Shown here: positions 38,902 to 48,824 of the stretch, in pieces
How positions within the stretch are numbered: the first letter of the stretch is position 1
Layout of the letters: each line of letters begins with the position of its first letter
Origin: Candidatus Oxydemutatoraceae bacterium
Lineage (GTDB): Bacteria; Pseudomonadota; Gammaproteobacteria; Poriferisulfidales; Oxydemutatoraceae
Direction of reading: 5' to 3'
DNA: 64,000 nt
Assembly (NCBI GenBank): GCA_965218975.1
Contig: OZ244717.1
Location: forward strand, 234,205 to 298,204
Position numbers and translations under genes: made by a program
The notes under the pieces: generated by a model
The model's input: the letters and a program-made list of their open reading frames with translations, nothing else
Told to the model about the DNA's origin: nothing
The model's database searches: none

Positions 38902-39864
38902 CTAAGGGACAGCGACACGCGCAACCAATTCATCAATCACTTTATCGGGAGTGACTCCTTCCGCTTCCGCCGCATAATCAAGGATCAGGCGATGGCGTAA
39001 AACATCGGTGCACACCGCTTGCACATCGTCAGGCGATACATAATCGTTGCCGTTTAACCAAGCATGCGCCCGAGCGCATCGATCAAGCGCGAGCGTCGCG
39101 CGAGGGCTGCCACCATACAATAGCCATTGCTTGAAGTCGTCACCATAAGCGCTGGGGTTGCGGGTCGCTAGCACCAGCTGTAACAAGTATTGCTCGACTT
39201 CCTTCACCATATGTATATTCAATATTTCCTGCCGTGCAATAAAAATCTGCTCTTGTAAAGCAACCGTTTCAATTTCCGCCGTCTCCGTTGATTTCTCCCG
39301 CTCCTCACTACGTACCAAATGCAAAATACGTTCTTCATCCGCCGCCGCCGGATAACCAATGCGAACATACATCAGAAACCGATCCAACTGTGCTTCGGGC
39401 AAAGGATAAGTCCCTTCTTGCTCAATCGGATTCTGTGTTGCCATCACTAAGAAAAGTGGGGGCAAGGAATAAGTAGTGCCGCCGACAGTAATTTGTCTTT
39501 CAGCCATTGCTTCAAGCAAAGCGGATTGCACTTTTGCCGGCGCACGATTAATCTCATCGGCTAAAACCAAGTTATGAAACAAAGGACCGCGGCGAAAAGC
39601 GAATGAACCTTCTTGCGGTCTATAAACTTCGGTGCCGGTTAAATCTGCGGGCAATAAGTCCGGAGTAAATTGGATCCTCTGAAAACTGCCCTCGATTACA
39701 TCGCCTAATGTCTTTATGGCGCGTGTTTTGGCAAGACCCGGGGCGCCTTCCACAAGTAAATGCCCGTCGGCAAGCAGTGCAATAATCAAGCGATCGATCA
39801 GTAGCTCCTGACCAATAATATGCGCGCGCATATACTCCCTTAAACGGCGGATCGCATTTTCCAT
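38902..39864 (-). CDS. moxR: MoxR-family AAA+ ATPase.
   Basis: Walker A LLVEGAPGLAKTRA. Walker B VLADEINRAPAKVQSALLEAM. 320 aa. Confidence 0.9.
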   Translation of the reverse strand: MENAIRRLREYMRAHIIGQELLIDRLIIALLADGHLLVEGAPGLAKTRAIKTLGDVIEGSFQRIQFTPDLLPADLTGTEVYRPQEGSFAFRRGPLFHNLVLADEINRAPAKVQSALLEAMAERQITVGGTTYSLPPLFLVMATQNPIEQEGTYPLPEAQLDRFLMYVRIGYPAAADEERILHLVRSEEREKSTETAEIETVALQEQIFIARQEILNIHMVKEVEQYLLQLVLATRNPSAYGDDFKQWLLYGGSPRATLALDRCARAHAWLNGNDYVSPDDVQAVCTDVLRHRLILDYAAEAEGVTPDKVIDELVARVAVP

Positions 39865-39947
39865 TTATCTTATTTGCCACACAAAAAATGACTTGAGAGA
39901 TAACTCCCCATCCGTTCACTTTACCTTTTTGCTAAGGTTATTTTAGG

Positions 39948-40973
39948 TTATTCCGCTGTTGCAGTGTAGGCGCCGTCCGATGCTGCACCGTTCATCTTTG
40001 CACGCCTCAGTACCGCTGCCTGCGCCACAGAAACATTCGCTGCGGAACCACCCCAAGTTTTCATCGCATGGTGTTGCAATGCGCGACCGTATGAAAAAGT
40101 AATCCGCCACGGCGACTGTCCGCGGTGTTGCCGCGCTAATAAATTAATCGTATTCAGATTAGCAGTGGCATCCTCATCGCTCATTCCGCCCGATAAGAAT
40201 GCAATCCCCGGAACCACTGCGGGCACAACATCTAATAAACAATGTAAAGTCAGCTTCGCGATTTCCTCAGTGCTTGCCTTGTGCGGACATTCGTTTCCTG
40301 AAACGACCATGTTCGGCTTCAACACAATACCGCGCAAATCAACCTTTTGACGCCGCAATTCGTTAAATACGCAAGTTTGTGCCGCCACAGTGGCTTGATA
40401 GCATTGATCAATCGTATGAGCGCCGTCCATCAATACTTCGGGTTCAACAATCGGCACCAATCCGGCCTCCTGACATAGCGATGCATATCGCGCCAATGCG
40501 TGAGCATTGGCGGAAATACAAGCACCCGACGGAATAATCTTGCCAATCGTAATTACCGCCCGCCATTTTGCAAAACGCGCGCCTAAGGCACGGTATTCTT
40601 CAAGCCGTTCACGTAAACCATCCAAGCCCTCAGTGATTTTTTCATTCGGAAATCCGGCAAGTGGTTTCGCGCCTTTATCGACCTTGATGCCCGGAATAAT
40701 TCCGGCGGCGGCAAGCTGTTCGGCAAAAGGGTTTCCATCAAGCGTGGTTTGCCGAATCGTTTCATCAAACAAAATCGCAGCCGAAATATAGCTGCCCAAA
40801 TCGCGAGTCGTTACCAACATACTGCGATAAGCGCATCGGTTTTCTTTGTTCATCGCAATACCTAATTTCTCAAATCGTTTTCGGCAAGTCGGATGACTTT
40901 CATCCATTGCCAAAATACCGCGCCTAGGAGCAACCATTGCCTGCGCGGTTTTATACAAAACCTCCGTATTCAT
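39948..40973 (-). CDS. fba: Fructose-bisphosphate aldolase, class I.
   Basis: GILAMDESHPTCRKRFEKLGI is the hallmark ILAADES-type block of class I FBA. LLKPNMV with the Schiff-base lysine context. 341 aa. Confidence 0.85.
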   Translation of the reverse strand: MNTEVLYKTAQAMVAPRRGILAMDESHPTCRKRFEKLGIAMNKENRCAYRSMLVTTRDLGSYISAAILFDETIRQTTLDGNPFAEQLAAAGIIPGIKVDKGAKPLAGFPNEKITEGLDGLRERLEEYRALGARFAKWRAVITIGKIIPSGACISANAHALARYASLCQEAGLVPIVEPEVLMDGAHTIDQCYQATVAAQTCVFNELRRQKVDLRGIVLKPNMVVSGNECPHKASTEEIAKLTLHCLLDVVPAVVPGIAFLSGGMSDEDATANLNTINLLARQHRGQSPWRITFSYGRALQHHAMKTWGGSAANVSVAQAAVLRRAKMNGAASDGAYTATAE

Positions 40974-41204
40974 TCAATTTCTCCTTGCTCAACTTATTAT
41001 TCGTCGGATTGTAATAGTATGCCGGCATCAATGCCGATGATTCCGACATTTCGGATTCAGGTAAACATATTAAAAGGAAATCCTCCGATCGTCCAGAACC
41101 ACGATCAAAATCGGACAATCGTACACCTCCGGCAGCAAAAGGAAAAGCACCGTCCTCTTTTACTACGGGCAAAATACAGACCGGATAAATGCTCTCCTAT
41201 AAAA

Positions 41205-41702
41205 CGAGATCAGATATGCAGTATCAACACATTGGCCACCGCATCACCTGTCTGCGTGGAACGCACAGGCAGATATGATGCCCTATTATTTTGGAAGAGT
41301 TGTAGCTCCCGAACGCATTCAAGGTCGGTCGCAGTACTTTGTACCGCTGGCGGCGGCGGACCTGGCCGCAATTGATTCAGCGTGAAATCAAACGTCTGCG
41401 CCAAGATCATTTGAATCTCGGCAGCAGTAAAATCTTTGAGCTAATGAAACCGTTTTGTGTTTGGTGGCGATGCTCGGCACAGTGTTTGTCATCCATGACG
41501 AGACTTGGTTCTGTCAACAAGCCCCAGCCCCGACGTCCTTGTCGGGTCGTTCGCCGCTGAAAACCGATCGGTTTTCCGGGCGCGTCTCACCCTGCACCGC
41601 CCTCATGCCGGCAACGGACAGAAAGCACCGATCCGAATGTTACTGCCGAACGCTTCCCTCAAAGCACTTCAAAAATCCCATTTAGGATGGCATCGTACAT
41701 GA
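41205..41702 (+). mobile_element. MITE-like deletion derivative of the IS481-family element: left-end region and transposase N-terminal HTH, one REP-like unit, the last ~35 codons of the transposase, and the 3' inverted repeat.
   Basis: ...FKVGRSTLYRWRRRTWPQLIQREIKRLRQDHLNLGSSKIFELMKPF, then GAAACCGTTTTGTGTTTGGTGGCG..., a palindromic unit, then HRPHAGNGQKAPIRMLLPNASLKALQKSHLGWHRT, then AAAAATCCCATTTAGGATGGCATCGTACAT. Confidence 0.7.
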
Positions 41703-41771
41703 ACACGTATAAAACAGTTGTAAAATGGTTAATGGTCTTTAATAGGACAATCCGTAGTTTAATGAAATAAC

Positions 41772-43196
41772 ATGAATCAATCAGCATTAAACAAACAAAT
41801 AAATAAAGAGCAGATTGATAGTTTGAAAAATGACGCAAAAGCTCTTTCAGCTTTTTTACAAGATCGGAGCGATGGCGCAATTATTTATGTACTAAAAAAG
41901 TTAGGGAGACTAAAGAATGGATATAACAAGCAGCCATTACTAAATCTTTTAAACAATAGTAACGAGACAATCAGGTCGCTTGCAATAAAAAATCTTGCAA
42001 AAATAAGTGATACTTCTTTATTAAACACTTTTATAGAATTTGCTAAACAAGATGAAAGCAGCGAAGTTAGACGGGAGTCCGTTTCCGCTATTGGGAGGTT
42101 AAGAAATGAAAAAACGATTCCGGTGCTGACTCAATTGTTGTCGGATAAAGATCCGAAAGTTGTCATGCAAGCTATAAGGGGATTACTTGTTTTTTCAAAA
42201 AAAAGCCAAGTAAGGGGAGAATTATCAAGATTGCTTGATCATCCGAATGAATTAATCAAAGAAGTTATCAGTAAAGAAATAAATGGGGCAAGCCATAGAT
42301 CGAAAGATAATGGGAAGCATGATGAGTTTCCGGTTTATCTTAAGAATACGATTGTTCACGGTAATGTTGTAGAGATATTAAAACACGTTCCTGATGAGTC
42401 TGTTCATCTCACTTTTACTTCACCACCTTATTATAATGCCAGAAATTATTCAATTTACCAAAGTTACAATGAGTATTTGCAGTTTCTAGAAGAAGTTTTT
42501 AAGGGAATTCATCGGGTTACAAAAGAAGGCAGATTTTTTATACTTAATACATCACCGATCATTATTCCAAGGATAAGCAGATCTCACGCTAGCAAAAGGT
42601 ACCCTATCCCTTATGATATTCATCCGTTATTAATAAAAATGGGATGGGAATTTATTGATGATATTGTGTGGGTAAAACCAGAAGCAAGTGTGAAAAATAG
42701 AAATGCGGGTTTTCTGCAGCACAGGAAGCCATTGGCTTATAAACCAAATGCGATTTCTGAAATGTTAATGGTTTATAGAAAAGAAACGGACAAGTTAATT
42801 GATTGGAATATGCATAAGTATGGTCGGGGTAAAGTTGAGAGGAGTAAGGTTACAGGCAAATATGAAACTACAAATGTTTGGTATATTGACCCGACTTTTG
42901 ATAGGGTCCATAGTGCAGTTTTCCCTTTAGAGTTATGTGATCGTGTTATCAAATATTATTCATTTGTTGATGATTTAATTTTTGACCCGTTTGCAGGGAG
43001 CGGAACTCTTGGCAAAGCAGCCGTTAATTTAAACCGACATTTCTTTTTAACGGAAAAAGACTCAAGATATGTCAGTTATATGAAAGAAGATTTAATTAAG
43101 GGGTATGGCTTATTTAACGGGAGAGACTCGCAACCGAACTTCGTAGATATTAATAGTTTCATAACTTTAATTAAAGAAAAATATGACAATAACTGA
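41772..43196 (+). CDS. Type II DNA methyltransferase (beta-class N4-cytosine/N6-adenine) with an N-terminal HEAT/PBS-lyase repeat domain.
   Basis: Motif IV LTFTSPPYYNARNY precedes motif I IFDPFAGSGTLGKAA. The N-terminal ~170 aa carry repeated HEAT-like units (NETIRSLAIKNLAKI, ESSEVRRESVSAIGRL, SDKDPKVVMQAIRGL). The gene is strongly AT-rich and overlaps the next ORF by 14 nt. Confidence 0.7.
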   Translation: MNQSALNKQINKEQIDSLKNDAKALSAFLQDRSDGAIIYVLKKLGRLKNGYNKQPLLNLLNNSNETIRSLAIKNLAKISDTSLLNTFIEFAKQDESSEVRRESVSAIGRLRNEKTIPVLTQLLSDKDPKVVMQAIRGLLVFSKKSQVRGELSRLLDHPNELIKEVISKEINGASHRSKDNGKHDEFPVYLKNTIVHGNVVEILKHVPDESVHLTFTSPPYYNARNYSIYQSYNEYLQFLEEVFKGIHRVTKEGRFFILNTSPIIIPRISRSHASKRYPIPYDIHPLLIKMGWEFIDDIVWVKPEASVKNRNAGFLQHRKPLAYKPNAISEMLMVYRKETDKLIDWNMHKYGRGKVERSKVTGKYETTNVWYIDPTFDRVHSAVFPLELCDRVIKYYSFVDDLIFDPFAGSGTLGKAAVNLNRHFFLTEKDSRYVSYMKEDLIKGYGLFNGRDSQPNFVDINSFITLIKEKYDNN

Positions 43197-44094
43197 ACAG
43201 ACAGTAAAAAATATAATAAGGAATCTTTTAAAAGGAAAGGATTACAGAATTGAAATTATTACTCTTATTGATACTAGATTTTTACAGTTCGCCATTTATT
43301 TTTTCAAGCTTATAGTTGACGCAAAATTAAAAAGCGAAGATATCACTGTCGATTGGTATAAAAAATCTTTTTTGAATCCGAGTTTGCCGACAAAAGAAAT
43401 CGCCATCAATTCCGGCTTAAATAAAAAGACAATTCATAACATGTTTAATTCCTCGACAAAAGAAATCGTCATTGATGCTTCAAATAAACATTATGATCTT
43501 TTACATAAATCCATTAAAGATTTAGTTGATGCTAAACACGAGATTGAATTAGTTTTAACAATTAAATTTAAAGGAATTAGCGTTGATCTTAATATCAATG
43601 AAAGCTTAATTGTAATAAATGCCTTAGCTGTGAAAAGATCAGAGTTGAGGGGTGGGTTTTGGAGCACTGCCGGGAAAAGAGTTGAAAAACCATTGATGCA
43701 GACACTTTGTAAGCTGTACAGTGTATCCGAAAGAAACTATTTTTTAAAAATAAAAGGAGAAAACACGAAAGATGACTTTGAGAGAGAAGTAGACTTTTAT
43801 TTGGTGGGCGGAAACAACCGACATAAATGCGAAGTAAAATTAATGGGACGAGGAAATCCGGAAAGTGCCGATGCCGTTATAGCAAGGGGGAGTAAGGTTT
43901 TTGTGGCCGATAAATTATCCGATACTAATAAAAAGCAGTTGGATAGTTTAAATGTTGAGTGGGTTGAATTAAGGAGTAGTGGTGGATTTGAGAAATTTGA
44001 TACGGTATTAGAAAATTTGAAAATTCCACATATAAGATCACTCAGTAACATAGATGAAAGATTAGAAGTAGCATTGAAAGAGATTTTTCATTAA
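43183..44094 (+). CDS. Candidate Type II restriction endonuclease, partner of the upstream methyltransferase.
   Basis: 303-aa ORF translationally coupled to the methyltransferase. Composition is AT-rich and foreign. No recognisable family, so the endonuclease assignment is by context only. Confidence 0.4.
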   Translation: MTITEQTVKNIIRNLLKGKDYRIEIITLIDTRFLQFAIYFFKLIVDAKLKSEDITVDWYKKSFLNPSLPTKEIAINSGLNKKTIHNMFNSSTKEIVIDASNKHYDLLHKSIKDLVDAKHEIELVLTIKFKGISVDLNINESLIVINALAVKRSELRGGFWSTAGKRVEKPLMQTLCKLYSVSERNYFLKIKGENTKDDFEREVDFYLVGGNNRHKCEVKLMGRGNPESADAVIARGSKVFVADKLSDTNKKQLDSLNVEWVELRSSGGFEKFDTVLENLKIPHIRSLSNIDERLEVALKEIFH

Positions 44095-44404
44095 AAAGAA
44101 TTTGCTGCCAAGCCAAGCAAGGTTTTGGATACTTTTAGTGCGGCCGCTAAGAAAGCTGTTCCCACTGTTGTTCGCCGTTAAGCACGAGAAAAAAATAAAA
44201 ATTTTCCAGTATTGGAGTTGAAGAATAGTGGAGAGGGAAGGGGTCGAACCCCGGACCCCGTGAAGGATCAATGGTTTTCAAGGCCATCGTTTCTTGACTT
44301 CGTAGGTTTTGGCTCATAAGCGATTGCCCATGAGTGATTGAGCCAGTGCCCTCAGGATTCTCAGGGGCACTACATTTATAGTGTTGCTTGCAACGCTCCC
44401 GTGC

Positions 44405-46420
44405 TCAGTTTCCTCCGGGGCGCGACTTGCTCGGAAGCGGGAACGGAGCTTCGTCCCATTTCAAACCTACGCTACGGTAGGTCCTGTTGACGTCCGCACT
44501 CGCGCCGGATCCGCCACCCTGTCCCGCTTGATAGACCCGGTCGAGATTCAGTAGAACGCCGCCGCTTCGCTCCAGCCCGTACACCGTGGCGCGCTTGCTC
44601 TGCGGCTGTGCGATACGCGCCAGTACCAGCTCGCGCAGGATGCGATTGGCCGCCATACGGCGCGCACCCAACACCTAGTTCCATCCGAGGTGCGAATAAA
44701 TCTGCGCGAACGCCTCGTGCACCCCAAGCGTCAGACGCGTTTCCTCACGGCATTTAGCCAGATCCGCCGATGCCTCTTGCACGGCGCTTTGCCGCGGTCA
44801 TGCAAGGCGCTGAGCCCAGTGCGGCGATAACGCTGGCGCCAGCGGTACAAAGTACTGCGACCGACCTTGAATACGTTCGGGAGTTATAACCTCCCAAAAT
44901 AATAGGGCAGTATATTTCTGTTGAAGCTTAGAATGCTCATGAGCCTCCATTATTGAAGTATACGATGCCACCCTAAATGGGATTTTTGAAGCGCTTCGAG
45001 AGAAGCGTTCGACAGTAACATTCGGGGATCGGTGTTTTCTGTCCGTTGCCGACATGAGGGCGGTGCGGGGTGAGACGCGCCCGGAAAACCAATTGGTTTT
45101 CAGCGGTGAACGACCCGACAAGGACGTCGGGGCTGGGGCTTGTTGACAGAACCCAGTCGCGTCATGGACGACAGGCACTTTACCGACAATCCGGCACAAT
45201 CCGCCGACAATCCGGCACAATCCGCCGACAATTCGCACAATCCACCACCAAACTACAAAATGGTTTCATAACCGGTCATTGAATGCTTCCGTATCGGTAA
45301 ATAGCAGGTCTTCTGCATGATCGATACAATCTTCTTGGACGGTGCGGCTGAAGCGCTTGATGTGCGCGTTCATTTTCGGACACTTGGGATAGGTCAGCCA
45401 CTGCTCAATCACGGGCGATTCCCGGATGAGCCGGGCAAACTGTCCTTGAAACTCACTACCGCCGTCCGTCAAGATATATTTTACCGGTGGCGGTAGCACC
45501 GCCAGGGTCAAGCGCAGAAATGCGGCAGCACTGCGGCTGTTACAGCAGTTGGTTGCCACTGCCGTTGCCATGCGGGTATAGACATCAATGGCCGTTAAGA
45601 CGGTGCGGCGCATCCCGTGCTGATAACGCACAATTGTATCTAGGGCGATGCAATGCTCCGGATACTGTGCTTTGAAGTCTTTCGGCTTGTGTGCCCTGCA
45701 ACGGCGCTTAAACGGTCGTTTTGTTTGTCCTTTGGCATTCGTGCGCTGCGGAACACGGCGCATTTTATCCGGCGCATCCGCGGTCAGGCGCGCAATCGTG
45801 CGGACACTCGGGCAGGGTGAGACGCGCCCGGAAAACCGATCGGTTTTCAGCGGCGAACGACCCGACAAGGACGTCGGGGCTAGGGCTTGTTGACAGAACC
45901 AAGTCTCGTCATGGGTGAGACGCGCCCGGAAAACCAATTGGTTTTCAGCGGCGAACGACCCGACAAGGACGTCGGGGCTGGGGCTTGTTGACAGAACCCA
46001 GTCGCGTCATGGACGACAGGCACTTTGCCGACAATCCGGCACAATCCGCCGACAATCCGGCAACAAGCGCAAAACGGTTTCACACTGAATCGGTTGGCTA
46101 GGTCCGTCGGCGCCTCTTGCGCGGCGCTCTGGTGCGGCCATGCAAGGCGCTGAACCCAATGCGGCGATAGCGCTAGCGCCAACAGCACTAAAGTACTGCG
46201 ACCGACCTTAAATGCGTTCGGGAGTTACAACCCTCCTAAAATAATAGGGCAGCATATTTCTGTTGAAGTTTAGAGCGCTCATGAGCCTCCATTCTTGAAG
46301 CTAAATTGGCTCATATAGAAACCTTTGATGCGGTGGCCGATGTGTTGATATTGCATATCGGTCACCTTTTTGAGTTAAGCCGTGAGTCCCATACGTATCT
46401 GGCACTATACAGTGCCAAGC
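44405..46420 (-). mobile_element. Two abutting degenerate IS481-family copies in minus orientation. The first is a full-length but disrupted copy (44960-46420: left end at 46420, transposase remnants, two REP-unit insertions at 45060-45265 and 45820-46080, 3' inverted repeat at 44960-44990). The second is a 5'-truncated copy (44405-44955) containing the transposase N-terminal HTH region.
   Basis: 3' end: ...HRPHVGNGQKTPIPECYCRTLLSKRFKNPI, then GGTGGCATCGTATAC. Left end: GGCACTGTATAGTGCCAGATACGTATGGGACTCACGG (reverse complement of 46384-46420). HTH-like translation FKVGRSTLYRWRQRY and ARRMAANRILRELVLARIAQP in 44405-44900. Confidence 0.65.
45266..45937 (-). pseudogene. IS481-family transposase integrase-core (rve) remnant, truncated by REP-unit insertions.
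   Basis: LTAIDVYTRMATAVATNCC...ILTDGGSEFQGQFARLI...VQEDCIDHAEDLLFTDTEAFNDRL is the DDE/rve core of IS481-type transposases. The N-terminus reads through repeat sequence. Confidence 0.65.
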
Positions 46421-46557
46421 ACTAATTCCGAGTAGTGCGCAATAGAGTGGCATTATGCAAAGGATCATAGCTAAATCATTAGGGCCATACGAAAGTTATC
46501 TCATCGTCTTGTGTAGACATTAGTAAATGTTTTTGACATTAAAGTTGACCTTGCCAC

Positions 46558-47748
46558 TTATTTTTTACTTGAAGATGTACCGGATAGCTTGTTCAATGCT
46601 TTATCTATTAAGGCTATTGCCTCATCAATGTTTTGATCGGAAGTATTAAATCCAAGACTGAATCTGATTGACGACTCAGCCTCATCACTTGTCAACCCTA
46701 TGGCTTTGAGAACATGAGATGGCTCTTGAGTGCCCGAAGCGCATGCCGAACCGATTGATGCCGCAAGACGTGGTTGCAACACATTCAGGATATCATGTGC
46801 TGTAAACCCCTTGAATCCGATGTTGGCATTGCCCGGGTGTCTGTATTCGACAGGGGGGCCGCACAGCGTCATGGGCCATGACAACGCCAACAGTTTGTCG
46901 ACAAATCGGTCCCGGTGTCTGCACAATTGTTCACGCTTATTCCTTGCTTGATCAGAACATAAGTATTCTGCTGCCGCTCCCATTCCAACGCATAACGGTG
47001 TAGGCAAAGTTCCGGAACGCAGTCCGTTCTGTTGTCCGCCACCGTAGATCAGAGGTTCAATGCTTTCTTGTAAGTCACGACGGATATAGAGCGCGCCAAT
47101 TCCCTTGGGACCATATATTTTATGCCCTGAAAGACTCAACAGGTCGGTATCATTTGCAAAGTTTTGCATATCTATCGCAATAGGCGCCTGAGCGGCATCA
47201 CAATGAAAGATGGCGCCGGATTGTCTGATTAAGCCGGATAAATTCGCGATATCCTGTATGGTTCCTATCTCATTGTTTACCGCCATAATCGAGACGATCA
47301 GCACGTCATCAGTGAGGCTGCGTTCCAAGTCCGGCAGTAAGATGTGTCCGGATTCGTCAACCGGAAGCAATTCGACCTGAAAACCGAGCTGCTCGTTCAA
47401 TACGCGCCCGACGGCGAGCACACTCTTGTGCTCAATTGCGCTAAGAAGGATTTTTTTTCTTGCAGCGCCCTCTGCCGCCGCATGTTTTGCTAACCCTAGC
47501 AAAGCTAAATTGTTGGACTCGGTTGCCCCGGACGTGAACACGATTTCATCGGCATCGGCGGCGATCAAGCGGGCAACTTGCTGCGCCGCTTTTTCCACAG
47601 CGCGAAAACTTTCCCAACCAGGCGCATGATCTGCCGAATGCGGACTGGCATAGGATTCCGAGAAGTACGGACGCATTTCACGCAACACTCTGTCGGAAAC
47701 CGGCGTCGTTGCCTGATAGTCAAAATACAGATATTCTGATGCGTTCAT
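46558..47748 (-). CDS. sspA: Cysteine desulfurase (class V aminotransferase, NifS/IscS-like). Candidate SspA/DndA-type sulfur donor of the adjacent phosphorothioation module.
   Basis: PLP blocks LSLSGHKIYGPKGIGALYIR and TSGATESNNLAL. Active-site loop GSACASG. Start taken at MNASEYLYFDY (47748). Divergent from the DUF4007 gene. Confidence 0.7.
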   Translation of the reverse strand: MNASEYLYFDYQATTPVSDRVLREMRPYFSESYASPHSADHAPGWESFRAVEKAAQQVARLIAADADEIVFTSGATESNNLALLGLAKHAAAEGAARKKILLSAIEHKSVLAVGRVLNEQLGFQVELLPVDESGHILLPDLERSLTDDVLIVSIMAVNNEIGTIQDIANLSGLIRQSGAIFHCDAAQAPIAIDMQNFANDTDLLSLSGHKIYGPKGIGALYIRRDLQESIEPLIYGGGQQNGLRSGTLPTPLCVGMGAAAEYLCSDQARNKREQLCRHRDRFVDKLLALSWPMTLCGPPVEYRHPGNANIGFKGFTAHDILNVLQPRLAASIGSACASGTQEPSHVLKAIGLTSDEAESSIRFSLGFNTSDQNIDEAIALIDKALNKLSGTSSSKK

Positions 47749-47849
47749 CGGTAAGTCTTCAATCTTGAAATATCCTATAATACCAGAGACAGTCTTCAGG
47801 AATATAACCTTGAGACTATAATACATGTTCCGATAACAGGACGACGAAT

Positions 47850-48824
47850 ATGACACGACGCGGCCCCCTATGTAGACAGGATTACAAACCGCACTTTTTA
47901 GGACACGAAACATTTCCCCTGCGCTATGGGTGGCTGAAAAAAGTCTATGACCGTGTGTCCCGCACCGAGAGAAATAAAAACAACAAAGCCCTGTGTTGGG
48001 GTGATAACGCTATTGCCTTGTTTGGTGTCGGTAAAAATATGGTTGCGTCAATGCGCCATTGGTCAATTGCGGCGGGAATAATTGAAGAGCCTTTAGGCGC
48101 AAATAAGGTGATTACAACCAAGATTGGCCGACAACTGTTCGGCAACGGCGGCCTTGATCCTTACTTGGAGCACCAAACATCTCTATGGCTAATCCATTGG
48201 AAGCTGGCAACGGAGTGGAAAAAAAAGACCACTTGGTTTTGGGCTTTCAATCACTACTACGCCGTACAGTTTGAGCAGGATAAGTTTGTCAAAAGACTTG
48301 AGCGCCTGGCAAAACATCTCGGGTGGCCACATGCCGCACATAGGACCATCAAAAATGACGTTGTCTGTTTTATTCGAACCTATACGACTCATCCCCTTGC
48401 CTCAAAAACGGGATGCGATGATTTACTCGGGTCGCCCCTAGCAGAGCTAGGCCTCATAAAGCCGTTCTCTCGAAAGGGTGAGTTCAGATTTGTTCACGGC
48501 CCGAAATCAACCTTGGGCAAAGGCGCTTTTGTTTATGCTCTTCTTGAGTTTTGGTCAAATTTTTCTCCCGCTACTTCAACACTTTCGTTTGAGGCGATTA
48601 CCTACGAGCCCGGGTCGCCGGGACGCGCTTTTCTGCTTGATGAGAACGACGCGGCCGAGAGATTATCTGACATTGACGATATTACCGGCGGTGCGCTGCG
48701 GTGGTCGGAGACGGCAGGATTGAAGCAGGTCGTGCGGAACCCCGGCTTTGCGATAGATTCTGATTATGCTCTTCGGCTCATAAAAAATGATTATGACGAT
48801 TCTGCTTGCATGAAGGCAGCGTAG
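47850..48824 (+). CDS. sspB: DUF4007-like protein; candidate SspB of a single-strand DNA phosphorothioation system.
   Basis: N-terminal GHETFPLRYGWLKKVYD and the overall 324-aa size match my recollection of the DUF4007 family that defines SspB. It is first gene of an overlapping three-gene operon with a large P-loop ATPase and a PAPS-reductase-like protein. An HMM search is needed to confirm. Confidence 0.55.
   Translation: MTRRGPLCRQDYKPHFLGHETFPLRYGWLKKVYDRVSRTERNKNNKALCWGDNAIALFGVGKNMVASMRHWSIAAGIIEEPLGANKVITTKIGRQLFGNGGLDPYLEHQTSLWLIHWKLATEWKKKTTWFWAFNHYYAVQFEQDKFVKRLERLAKHLGWPHAAHRTIKNDVVCFIRTYTTHPLASKTGCDDLLGSPLAELGLIKPFSRKGEFRFVHGPKSTLGKGAFVYALLEFWSNFSPATSTLSFEAITYEPGSPGRAFLLDENDAAERLSDIDDITGGALRWSETAGLKQVVRNPGFAIDSDYALRLIKNDYDDSACMKAA

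Noticed and set aside
44225-44300. tRNA or tmRNA gene on the minus strand (GGTTCGACCCC T-loop-like element).
   Set aside because: I could not build a canonical cloverleaf. The T-stem would be only 4 bp with a 5-nt loop, there is no matching acceptor stem, and no tag-peptide reading frame for tmRNA. I kept it only as a possible decayed fragment.
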